Assembly (NCBI RefSeq): GCF_000002075.1
Contig: NW_004797391.1
Location: forward strand, 840,587-904,586
Direction: 5' to 3'
Source of the DNA: Aplysia californica
Taxonomy: Eukaryota
DNA length: 64,000 nt
Shown here piece by piece: positions 38,201 through 51,600 of the stretch. Numbering within the stretch: position 1 is the first letter of the stretch; each line of letters starts with the position of its first letter. Both the position numbers and the translations under genes were made by a program. The notes beneath the pieces were generated by a model. The model was not told the origin of the DNA. It searched no databases and saw nothing but the letters and a program-made list of their open reading frames with translations.

Positions 38201-41200
38201 CGACGTTGTGATTTCGTTGCGCGAAAAACAACACCGGTACTAGTGCTAGATCTAGCCCTAGAACTACGACTCGGGCCATGTTCGGGTACATATCCAGGAT
38301 CCTAACTATTAAACTCATCATATTCTGAGACACTAGAACTAGTAAAACGTACAGAAGTATAGAAAACGGCGAAATTATGTGATTCTTGTACATGCGACTT
38401 CTTCGACCGTTACTACGACGCGACTGTCGGATTACTATGAGCTGTATAGAAAAAAACAAAGCGCGAGTTCCGGTCTGTTCAACCCCAGTTGGGGTTACTG
38501 TCCTTCACCTTCAATAACTTAAAAACTACCAGCCCCAGAGATACGAAACGAAGTCTAAGTAGCTCAGGCTTGGCCAAACAAGGGTACGAGGCGGGTCTCG
38601 CGATCCGTGCGTGATTTGTAGAGCGGAAAAAAAATTCCAAAGTTGGTCACGCAGGGCTTGTGAGACCCGTTGCGAGCGTCGCGGCGGGGGTCACGCAACT
38701 GTTGTGTGACCTGACTTAAGTGAGTTAATAGTCATTTTTATCAAAGGATAATGACAATTATGACAGTGAAGGCTTGTATACCTTATATATATTTTTCCCT
38801 CGACCTCTGCAGGGGTTTCAACTGGAGACCCTCCCAGCATCTGTCCTCAAGTCAGAGCGTGCACAGGCCAAAATTTTGGAGGATCAGACAAACAAAGCGT
38901 GGTATGTTCACAGTTTGTGTTGACATACTTCTGGAACTTATCATGTGCAAGAAAGTATTTCCTTTTTTTTTGTATGCCTTTACACCCGGAAACTTGTGTT
39001 GACGGGGCATACAGCAACTACATTTACTCATATTATTTAATAAAAAACATGAAGGCTTGTGTCAATACTACTTAAAACCCCTACATTCATCTTTTTGAAA
39101 AACACCTGGGGGCCAACTTCACCTACAATTTTGGCAGTCCTCTTGCAATATGTCTTCTAGCCCAAACAATTATTCCTGGAGAGACACAAGGGCACACCAA
39201 AACCTCTTTGCTTACTTTAAGGTGTTTTATACAGGTCTGAAAGACATGATCATCTGTCTGGTCTCCCTTTCGTCAAAGTCATACAGATGACTGATCAACT
39301 TTGAGCGTTTATGCCTGTGGCAAAAGAGTAAAGTGTCGCCAGAGGAATATTAATCCTAAATATTAAAATTTTATGGTGTAGTTTATACCATTTGTAGCCT
39401 TCTGTAAATATTGAATTGAAGAATTTGTCAAGCAGAATGAAATGCCTGTGTAAAATATAAATGTAACATTTAAGAAATAGCTCAAATATAGGTATAAAAT
39501 TGTTTGGTTTCTGGAGTGAACATGATTGCTTTTACAATTGTGTGTTATTCACATAGTTCTGATAATTTTGATTTGTTTCTGATGTTTTTTTATTGCTGGT
39601 AATCTTCGTCATGACATTGAGTCTATTAATTATTACACTTGGACTCTCAAATTCAATATCATCATTGATATTTTCCTTGAAAGTGTGGATGGATTGTTTT
39701 GTATTTTTCAAAACAAAAATTTTTTTAAATGTATTATGGCCATTTTTTAAAAATTGTACAATTCTCATTCTCCTTTTTTTGCTTTCTCAGGGGCGTGTCA
39801 TTTGAAAGCATAGACATCGTGTTCCCTTACCAGTACAACTTTGCTGCCTGCTATGAAGAGGTTTGTACTAAAGTTGTGTTTCTGTTGTACTGTGATATTT
39901 TGCAAAAGATAGTGAGACCTGTATCTTGGATTTGGATTTTAGACTTGATTCCTTGAGTGTAGACCATTTGACATTTATTAGTGGGAAATAAAAAATCAAC
40001 CACATATAATTATTTAAAGCAATCTTGAGATGCAGTGTTTGTTTTTCTCCAAAATGTTTAATAATTTAGACGAATTTTCAAAAATAAATAAAGTAGTGTT
40101 TTCATTGATTCCATGGGGAAATTGGGTTTACGTTGTTAAGTACAATTCATATGTTTATTCAATAATTCACCAACTTAACAGCATAAAACACAAACTATTT
40201 TACCAATCTTATATTCCAGGTCTCCACTGTGTAGAGGCAGTTTCTGAGTTTGGGTTATAGCCTATTGCTCAATAACACACCCCCAACTGAAAATCTGTGT
40301 CATCAACTTGTCATCATTAATGCCTTTCTCACCCTGGATCAGAGTATTAGCCACAAACAACCACTTCCCACCTTTCTCTATCGAGGGCTAGCCTCTTATA
40401 ATTATTCCATTTCTTCTCACTTTTCTGTTTGTCACTCTCTGTGACTCTTATCCAGGTTCCACATGGCCTTCTCCTTGATCTCTTACCCTGGGGATTCCAA
40501 TCCAACAGTTTCTTTTTATGCATCAGCCAGTCAATTGCCAGAATGAAGAGGAAGTTATCAACATATGCTAGATATTATTGTGAACCTGAACTCACTTTGC
40601 TATTGTGTCACAGAACTTACGGTTTTCTTTTGACTTCACAACCTTTCTCTCTATGTCGTAGAACTAGCTCTGTTTGTGCTCCCAGGTGATGAACGCGGTC
40701 AAGTGGCTGAAGCTGGTGCACAAAGTCAAGAAGAAAGCTTTCACTGTGGACAGTCCCTTACCCCCTGATCTAAACATCAAGGTCAAGGTAAGTTGTCCAT
40801 CTTGTTCTGGTCACTATGGTCAAGACTTATTCAGTTGACCTGAATGCTAAGGTCATGGTTAATCCCACTGACCTGTGAACATTCTTGAGGTCAAGGTAGG
40901 TTTCCTGACCTAAGTACTAAGGTCAAGGTAAGTTTTCCTGACCCTGAGCTCAGAAGATAAGGGAAGTTCCCTGACCTGAACATTGAGGTCAAAATAAGTT
41001 CCCAGACCTGACAATTCAGGTCAAAGTAAGTTTTCTGACATCAAGGTATATATTCCTGAATTAAACATCAAGTTCCAGGTAAACTCCCCCTGATCTGAAC
41101 ACCCAAGTTAAGGTAAGTAGTTTCCTTGAACAGTTTAAGTGCTCAGAACAAAACTATTTATCACCGGCAAGCTTTTAAAATGTTCTGCCCCAAGAAAGAA

Positions 41201-44200
41201 GCATTTTTCAGGACAGAAAAAAACAAATGTTTCATTCTTTAAGCTATTGTACCTGCATTATACATTTTTACTTGCTTTTTTCAACATTTTGAATTTAAAT
41301 TTCAACAAAATATTTCTTGGGCATATGCAACCGATCTCACTGATTAGGAAACTGTTATAACTACAAAATAATTATTAAAAAAGCTATAATATTGATAATA
41401 TTTAAAAAGATAAGAGTAATAATGATATTAATAATATGAATAATAAATAACAATAACAGGTTGCATTTATAAAGAACACGTAGAAAAGAGGAAATTCTAT
41501 TGGTGCAGCAAAGTCCCAAGCAACAATTTTTCTTGCCTCAGGAATATTTTCTATTAATAGTAATAATAATAATACTAATACTGAGAATAGAATAATAGTT
41601 TCTATTTGTACAGCAATGTTCCTACAATTAGGTATGCTCTGAATGCTTTTTATTTTATACTAACCCAGACATGCTAGACCAAAAGGTTTTGTTGAACGTT
41701 TCTCATGAAACTGAGAAGGTTTTGGAATGTTATCATAACGTTTCAAAACATTCTCAGTTGAATTCAACTTACCCTTTTGGTCAATCTGTTCATCATTAAA
41801 AAGGTTTCAATTTGCTCTTGGTTTTTTGTTCTCTTTCAGATGCTTTCTATTGAGCTGAGTGACGATCCCTTTGAGGTGAAGATGGGATTAAACTATGAAG
41901 TAAGTATCTCATTGGTTATTTTGTCAGATATATTGTCGATCAGTTTCTGTAGCAGCTGGTTTGAGGATGTCAGATAATTTCATCAACAGTTTGGCACAAT
42001 ATTTTGGCATCTGTGATGTGATGTAGTGATTGAGGCTTACTGTCAGTCATGCATGCAAAAGACATAAGTTCAATTCCTATTTTGGTAAGCTATTTAATTG
42101 ATTATCTTCATCTCTTTGTGGGACACACCATCCCACAGTGTACAGGATGGCCTGTACAGGCAGGATTAAAGTAGCCCATCTCCAAAATGAACTCAAATGT
42201 TTCTCTGGGATTTTACATCAGCAGATACTTGGAGACATTAATCTTGATAAATTTCCCACACTCTTTTACAATTTTCTACCACTCTTGATCCATCATTGGT
42301 GGTTTGTCTCTTTAATATTTTTCAGGTATTTTTTTAGAGTTTTGTCTGCGCTGTAGAGCTGTAGTAATGTTTAGAGTGCTCATCAACCTATAGCTCTGTG
42401 GTATGGTTTTTCTTCATCCAGTTACTGAAAGATGAAGGCATTGAGAGCAAGAAAAGAAAAGAAGTGATGGACGCTAAACTTCTGGATCTGCAGAAAAAGC
42501 AGTTCATTCCAGGTAAGTCTCAATGTTGAACTCTAACCGTTTAACTCGTTTCGTGTTCTAAAACTGTTGCTGATGTCATTCTGTAGATCCTCAGAGAAAT
42601 CTTTCCAGGAAAAGAATGGACATTTTCCATATCTCATTTAGCTTTGAATTACACTTTCTTGAAATTACTTTCGATCAAGCAACTTTTTTTTTTTTTTTTT
42701 GCATAATGAAATGTTTTCATGAAACCAGTTACATAGTTGGAGCATAACACCGCTCTTCATTGCATCTACTTTTGTTATTACTTGGCTTAGGCTACAACTC
42801 GGCAAAAGCAACAATGTCAACATTAGCAACTCCAACCACAACAATGACAACAACAATAACAACCACAACAACAGCTGTGACAATGACAATAACAGCAATG
42901 ATAACCATAATAATGGCAACAACAACAACAACAACATAAACAATAACAATACTAATAACAACAATAATACCTTTTCACACCTTGTCCTCAGTGTTGGGGT
43001 CACTACAGTCAGAACATGTCCATCTCTGCTCTCCCCCCCCCCCCCCCTTCAGGATCCATCCCAGAATTTGTTTGCTTATAGTCTCCATCATAATCTGGTT
43101 GGAGATCCGTCGGACTGGTTTGCACAGGTGGCTGTGTTTCCCTTCTCCTCTTTGGATCCCCTTCTCCTTCAATCTACCAAGGGTGTGGGAACCGCTATCT
43201 GCCCTATTCTTCCTCAAATTTTCCCTTACTGTGGTTAGGACCGTTGGTGGGTTCAGTGTCAAATTCCCTCCCACTTTTGCTTCTCCAGCCAGCTTCTCTG
43301 CTCTCTCGTTGCCGGTTACCCCTGTGTGGCTCGGACAGAAGATCCAATAATACCTTGTCACTCCTTGTCCACAGTGTTGGGGTCACTACAGTTGGAACAA
43401 CAATAATGACAATAATTAGAACAACATCAGAAATGACTTCAGCAACAAGAGCAACAAGGATATTGTTTCACCACCATGTTGCATGAATGTATATTCCTTC
43501 AGTAAACAAGAGAGAGGAGTTGTTTGCCAGCCTGCACAAGAGGAATTCTGAGATCTACATTCAGCGATCCCAGCAGCTGTACAACGCAGCCCCCATCCGC
43601 ACACAGCTCTTTACCTGGCTCATGGAGGACTTGACTATTACGGCACTGGCTGACAGGTCTTTCCACGGCACGGAGAATGTCTTGAAAAACATGCGGGACA
43701 TTGACTCTGAGAGGTGATTGTAGTAGTAGAGACGGGCAGTGTTGGGGTGAGGGGTATTCAAATGCAAGGTAATGGTTGGGGGGGAGTCGCTGAACTGTAG
43801 GGAGCAAGAGATAGAGTGAGAGAGAGAGAGGGGAAGGGTCTGCTGACTGTCTGTCTGTCTTACTTTTCACTGCATTGAGTGATGGTTATGTTTGTCTCAA
43901 TGTTTGCAGTGACCTGTGCACATACCCAGCTATGCACTCTATGCTTGTGGCGCACAAACTGGAATTGTTCTTAAATGGAACTTACTCTTGTCTTTCTCTA
44001 CAAAATTCCTCACTGTATTAACAAGTGTTTTTGTCCTTCCATGGACCAAAAATCTCTTCTTAGTCCATTCCCGAAGGAACCAATCAACTTTATAACGCTA
44101 TGGTGCCGCTATGTCAGTGCCAGCGTCAAGCTGTGGTCAGTGTCGCTCAGAGACTTCCCTCGACCCATGGTGGACATCCAGGCTATGCACGTGTGGGGCC

Positions 44201-45607
44201 GACTGGTTGGGGCAGAGCGAGAGGGAACAGCAAGGGGTGAGTGAATACAATATATATGTCATGACGCGGTGCACGTCGGTTCTTGGGCATGTGGAGTTAT
44301 TGGCATCATCTTAAAGCTTGTTAATTTGTCTTGCTTTAGGTGAAAAAAATGCCCATCTATCTTGAACAGGTGTCAAGATATTTGAGGTTGAAGGAGATGG
44401 GGGTCGCCTGGTTTCAGAGGTAAAAATAGCGAGAAAATGGCCACCAAAGTTCGGTGGTTTTTATAGCATGAAAGTCCTTGGAAACTTATATTTTACATTT
44501 TTTTGCCTTTATTCAATGTTTTTCAGTAAAGTCCACACACTGTATTTTTAAATGGACATTAAAGGTGTTGAGTCCAAAAAATAAAAATTCTATAAAAATT
44601 GCCAAACTGGCTGGAAAATGCCAGTTTTTTAAAATTTCATTATTTTGACGAGCGCCTGATTTCTCCACGACACCTCACATATGTCACTTTTATTTTTCAT
44701 CCCTAAACAGAAATTTGGTTAAAATGATAATACATGCAAAACGTTACGATAAAAAGCATGAAAAGATTTTGAGATACTTCACAACTTCCATTATTTTTTA
44801 ATCCACCCTCGTAATACATAATATCACACCAATGCAATCTTACAAACACTCTACATTGCTAGTTCCTACATTGCCATGCCCTGTTTTTGAGCTTGGGTTA
44901 TCGTGTCTTGCTCAAAAACACGGCCCAGTGATGCTGCATCATGGACACATGCTTTACATCAGGCTGAGCTTGAACTTACGAGCCCTTCGGCTGCTGGGGC
45001 AAGTATTGCTGAATTAAGCATATTACCGTTCAGACCTGATATAACAGGGATGGTGGGAGTAGAGAAAATTTCCTGTTATATCCGATCCCTGTTAAATCAG
45101 AAATTCAAGGAAAGTAAGCATTTGTGGACTAATCCAGCTGTACTTATTCATGGGTAGTTTCCTTTACCACAAGTACCCACGAACATGGGTTTTGGCACCA
45201 ACTTTCTCCTTGCCTCCTTAAACCACATCAGAAGAGCTTGGTCTACAGCATCTGCATCGGGTAGTCTCATCTTCTTCCAATCGAGAGCAAACTTTCCATT
45301 GGAGTATATGCCACTAGTTTCTCTCTATCCTTGATAATGGTGTGAATCGACCCTTGTGGAATGTCGAACTGACGACAAACCTCTGCCAGTGGAGCTTGCT
45401 TTTTGTCAACAGCCTGGATTATTTAGCGTATTTTTTTGGTCAATTGAAAGGCATTTTCTCTCGTGCTTGACATCGTTGGTGACACATTATGCGTACGTGT
45501 TGCTAGGTTTCTGACTAGATCGAGGTCTGCAGCACACTGCAGCCCTCTCTCGCTTCACACACTGCGTGTGCTTGCAGTGGCATGGCTTGCATGGGCTTGC
45601 TCCATCA

Positions 45608-45638
<31 letters not shown>

Positions 45639-48600
45639 GTACTTTTTACTCATTGTTAACGAGCCTTTGTCCCTGCTATAACCGGTTGGGCTCCGATGAG
45701 GCCCTGTTATTGCCGATAATTTTTAATAGAGACAAAGAGTAGGAAAAAAAGGGGATTTTAAAAATCCCTGTTAATACCGGATCCCTGTTATTACCGGGCC
45801 TGTTATATATGGTTTCCACTGTATGTCTTTTTGTTGTTCCATGGAAGTTTCAAGCTTCAGTGAGGCTCTAGAAATCAAGAGGTAGTAGGAGCTAGTATTT
45901 AGTGTAAGTTCTCTTCAAATAACATGCAACTGATTCTTTTTATGGCATGTTTCCTTTTAACTTTTTTATTTCTTTTTATTGTAAATGCTTTACACCCTTT
46001 GTCAACTCTTTTTATCAATTAGGAGGTGTAATATTTTTGTTGCTTTTGTTTGAAATTATGTTCCTTTTCTGTATTCTTCTGACTTACACAGCAAAAAGAA
46101 CATGCACTGTGGAGGTGGATGAGCCCTGGACCACCATGGCTGTGGAGAGAAATCTGCCGTCGCTGAAATTCTTCCATGATTTTAGCTGTGGTGAGTTTTC
46201 AGTAGACATGTTAGGACTTAAAATCCACGGTAGTAGTCTGATGGCCCTGTCAAAATTACAGCTCCTTTGTGCTAAGTTGGGGGGACATGTTTACTCTTAA
46301 ATTCAAAATAAATGAATGGGCCACAAGTTTGTTGTTCTCTTGGAGAAGAAGAAATTTCAGTGTTCCTTCTGATTTTTTTACAGAATAATCTAAACATGCT
46401 CTTAATTTGATCTAATGTTTTTACCATTTATTCCTTCAATTGGCTTGATGAGGGGGAACAAGAAAAAAGCAAAATCTCTTACTGATACGTGTAGGGAAAA
46501 TTTGGGTCCTGATTCTTAGATGACATCACTCCGTTTATGATGTCTTTAATCCCTACCATATCGTCGTTTCTAGGGTCCATTGAGTCTCTGTTTACTTGTC
46601 AATAACCATGGTTGGTTGGAGGCTGCCACTGGTAGGTCCTACTTCTTTTCCTTCCCTCTCTTGTTTCTGTCTCTCTTGCCTTTTCCCTACACTGAACAAC
46701 CATTGTGAGTGGATGGCAGGTGCTCTGGATCAAACATCTATTGTTCTTATCTCTCTTCCTTTCTTTTGTGTTTGTTACTCTCTTGTAACACCTCTAATCT
46801 TCGGCACTTCTATGACCTTATTGTGTTGCAAGTGCCATCAAATTCTAACTAAAACTTTTTTTCAAAAACCCTAACTTTTATTGTGTTGATGTTCCTCTCA
46901 TTACTCAAACAAAAAATTGCAAACAACTTTTCTACTCTGGGGATGTTTACAGACATGAGCAGCCTGACCCTGGCCTATGGCGTGTGCTGGGAGCCAGCTG
47001 TCGCGCTCTACAACCTGAGCATGGACCGCATCAACAAGCCCTCGGTGGACCCCAGCCGGCCGCTCCCATTCTGGGACAAGATGCGTTTGCTGTTCCACGG
47101 CCGGTTCACGGCCTCCATCAGCTGCATGAGCTGGCTGTACCATGCCTCGCTCGACCCTTACAACAACACTGAGCTCATGGACTGGACCTGGACCAAGCTT
47201 CTGTTGGACTGGACCAATGGTGAGTCGTGGTTCATGGGTTGTGGGTAGTGGTTTGGAGGGTGATAATTTGTGGGTTAGGGGTGGCGGGTTGGGGGGGGGA
47301 GTACTTTGTGGGTTGGGAATGGTGGTTCATGTGTTGTGGGTCATGGTTCGTGGTTGGTTATTCAGGGGTTGTGGGTGGTGGTTTGTGTGTTGTGAGTGGT
47401 GATTTGTGGGCTATAGATTCTGGTTTGTTTGTTGTGAATGGTGATTTGTGGGCTGTAGATGGTGGGTTGTGGGAGGTGTGGAATAGGGCTGTGGGAGGTG
47501 GTCTGTGAGTTGAGGATTATATGCCTGGAATATATAATTTCAAAATTTTGCTGACACACATTTTTTCAAAGTTTAAATTGTTACAATTTTGTAATTTTTA
47601 TCATTTCACTGAAAATATTGAGGTTTTTTTCATTTTCTTTTTTTTTTTCTTTGGTACCTGTCAGACCTGTCTTTCATTTGCAGCTCAGTTTGTTTTGCAA
47701 GGCGACCTCGACATTTCTGTGCGGACAGCTTCCAAGTATAATGAAAGCAAGTTGCTGCACCTACCCAATTTGACCTTCAGGTATAGCATTATTTTGTTTT
47801 TGGCACATCTGTGGCGCGTAGTAACATAGCTTTATTCTAGTGGTGTCTATGGTCTAGTAGTTAGACTGTAGGGCTCAACCAGAAGGTCATGGGTTGGAAT
47901 CCCATCTGTGGCCCAATGTTTTTTTCCATGAAAAAGGCACTTTACATGAATTTTTCTCACTTCCCCTGATGTAACTGGGTACCCGGCCATAGACAGCATA
48001 AGATCTTATCACTATGCTAGTGTTTTGGCGCTTGTAAAATGGCAGCTTGCTCTGTTTTCTTCGTGGGAAGCTGCAAATATTTTAAAGTGTTCCAGTGTCT
48101 GCTGGGGTAATGATAATTATTAGACTCATAGAAAAATGCTTAGAGCGTGAATGCACTATGTAAATGAAATTATTATTTATTATTATTATTATTATCCTTA
48201 ATATTAATATTATTATAATTTTAGAAGCAGGCACCCCTCAGCCTTATTGCATTGTAGACTCAGAGGCCTATCAGTTTCATCTTTTGTTCTGCACTTTGTT
48301 ACTGTCCCATTTGAAAAAAAATAGATTTCCTGACATTTCATACAAAGTATATTTAACCTGTATTTAGATCTTGATTATATTATCTTTCATCTCTTAGAGA
48401 GAGAGGGGGGGGGGGGGGGGGTAAGGGAGGGAAAGAGACAAAGAGAGATAGAGAGAGAGAGAGAATAATGATCATCATTTTACCTTGACTGATTTCTGTC
48501 TTTCACCGTTGTCATATTCAGTTGTATTTTACAAACTTTTAGTCTGACATGGCAAGTACTTCTAAGAAATAAAATTGTTCTAAAACTTATTTCACGATTC

Positions 48601-51600
48601 CTATTCATTTCCAGAGTGTGCCTGGAATGGTTGTGCCTTGGAGATGCCAATGACCACCACCCAGTGATGCCATGTGCGCCAGATAAAGTGCCTGACTTCT
48701 CACTGGAGGTTCGAACTCTCAAAGGCTTCATGCTATTTTGTTGGACGCTGACTTTTCCCCTTTCTTTTTGTTCAACAATACATTAAACATCATACAGGTT
48801 AAGTTGCACATACAACATAAAGGGAAAATATCTACACTATTGAACATACATTTCATGCATTATGAGATATTTCAGTTGTGGGTCAGAGCTTTCATTTAAT
48901 AAAATTTGTTTAAAACTGAGATTGAACTGATCTAAAAAAAAAAAAAAGGAGATATTCTCTCCATGGTTCTGGTATTTCGTCGTTTATAGTTTTGAGGTTG
49001 TGGACACCTAACAGCTCTGTTTTGTATTTATTCTTTTACAGGAACATGATTCTTTCCGAGCTTTCCGCTCCCAGAATCTAAACCTTGACCTTAGTCTGAA
49101 GACAAGACCTGTTGCCGACAACTTGCTGGATATCCCATCATGCCCAGAGCTGTATGCCAGCACGCTTCGTTTCCTGGAGAAAATAAAGGTGTGTTTTCTC
49201 CATACAAATGTTTGTCAAGAGATTTTGAACTTTTTTTATCAGAAGTATCATTTGTTGGGGCGTAGATCTGAACTATATTCATGTTGTTGCTCTTGATCCT
49301 TGTGGTGAATGAAACCATGATGATCCTCTCCCAGTGTGGTTCCCATCTTCAAAATAATTTCTTGGCATACTTAATATGATTCCAACTCCTTCTGCATGGT
49401 GCTTGTCTCTCCTGTCAGAATACAATATCTGTTCCCCCGAGCTGAGTTATTTCTGTCTAGACTGTATCCAGTGGGTTTCGCTGACTCCTTGTATTTGCAG
49501 CCTGTGTCTCTTCATTTCATGTGATATTTGAGCTCTCTTTCCTGTTTCGTACCAGGTGCAAAAATTCCACAATGCAGTCTGGAGAGACTTGTTTGATAGA
49601 GAAGGTTTCGGGTCAGTAGAGCCATTTGGCTTTGTCATGTTGTCCACTGTCCTTCATTGTTGGTACTATTGTTGCAGAAGCTCCTCTGTGTCCCAAGGCT
49701 GAAAGATGAGACGTGTTTGCTTATGTTTCTGTAACTTTTTTAGTAGTTTTTACAGGGTCGGGTAGTTGGCCCTCCGCCAACTGGTTCTTTTTGGGAGACT
49801 AGACCTGTGTACCTTTAGTCAACTCTTATGACATGCAGTATCACGACTATGCCCCCCCCCCCCTTTCCCCAACCTCACAGTATTTACTTGCTAATTGTCA
49901 GAAGAAAGGCTGTATAAATGACAATGTTTCCTCTTTAATTTAAAATCTAATTTATGATGCCTCCATTACAGGCTTCTGTGGGGAAATATATAGGCTTTTC
50001 ACCTTTGCATGCTGTAGATGTGAGATCAATTCCTGGATGGGGAAGTCAATGGGATACTGTGTCCAATTCCGCCTGGGCTGGTCCTGACAGGCAGGCTGGG
50101 TGGAAGCAGTCCAACTCATAAAGGATATAATTTGTGTCATTATGGGCATAAAACATTTATAATTTTTTTAAAGAGCTTTCGCTCTAGGGGTATGTTACAT
50201 TGTGTGTGTGTTACAGTTGGTCGGTCGGTTTGGCTGACTTTCTTTTGTGCGTCATGACTGTCTTGTGTGTGTTGATCTATTTTTAGAACTGTATGTTCAG
50301 CGTTACACGTCCCGTGAGGAGGGGCAAGCTGTTTGGAGTGATCACCCCGCGACGACTACAGCTGACGAGACACTACAAGTGAGTGGGTTGGATTTTTTTT
50401 TCTTTTGATATGAGTTGACACAATTATGTTTGCTTTGTGACTGGGTACAGTTGTGTTCTCTTTTTATTACCTGGTGACCAAAGTGCTTTCAAGGGCTTTA
50501 ATAGTTGGGTAGGTACCATGCTTAACAATGATATGGATAAGCTTGCTAAATTGTGGTACCGTGTCTTAAGTGAATGGGTTTCATTTCTGTTCTGGAAAAG
50601 TAAAAACATTATCTCTGTCTCTGAGTTCTTACCTGCATTTTCACTGTGATATGTAGAAGACTTGAGTTTGATACCCGTATGGAGAGAATTTTTATGGAGT
50701 ATTGTATTTTATGGAGCCTTACTGTTGGGATGTTGTATCTCAACTAGCCTGGATCGGCCCTTACAGACAGGGTGGAAGCCTGCCTTCTAAATTATCTAAA
50801 TTGTGTCAATGGGGGTGCAAAAACACCTACATTAACAAAATTTTAAAAAACGATTTCTTCTCGCAGGAAGATCAAGTTGTCCGTGGACTTTCACAAGTTT
50901 GCCATTTGTCACTGGATGTCCAACGCCAAGGAAAACGGTGCTGAGCTCATCTCTGATTCCTTTGTTCTACAGGTCAGTGTTTAGAAACATATAGAGGGGG
51001 TGGTTGGCTGGTGTGCTGGTGTAGTTCTTTCTTTCTTTTTAATATCAAACATCTGTTGTCTTTATCTTTATTTCTTTTATTTTTGTTTGTTATTCTCTTG
51101 TAACACCTCTAATCTTCTGCATTTGTATGACCTAATTGCATTGCAAATGCTGTAAAACTCTACGTAAAACAAAAGATTTTAGTTTTCTATAAGTTTTTAA
51201 TTCTCTCTCATGGAGGAGCAAAGTGCTCTGCCTTTGATGTGGCCTCAAATGTGGTTAGAAGGATGTGTTACTCTTCTATTAATTTTCTTACTTTTTTCAC
51301 CTTTTCACTTTTTCTTTCTGTTAATGATGATTGGAGGATGCCACTAGTAGGTCCCAGTTCTTTTGCTTTCTTTATGTTGTTTCTCTCTGTCCATCTTGTT
51401 GTTCCTTTTACTCATTGTGTCAATGAGTTTCTTTTGACTAAAACTAAACAAAAACTCCCCAACCAGATGTGCAATCGTCTGAACCTGGTGCCCTTGGAGG
51501 ACGGTTTGTTGCACCGGCCACGAGCTGACTGGAGCATCAAGTACCTGAAGTGTCAGCTGGGACCTACGCGCATCTACCTGTGCAAAAACATGGGCAAGGA

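Noticed and set aside
42665-43003. Poly-Leu membrane protein ORF
   Set aside because: Antisense translation of the (AAC/AAT)n microsatellite.
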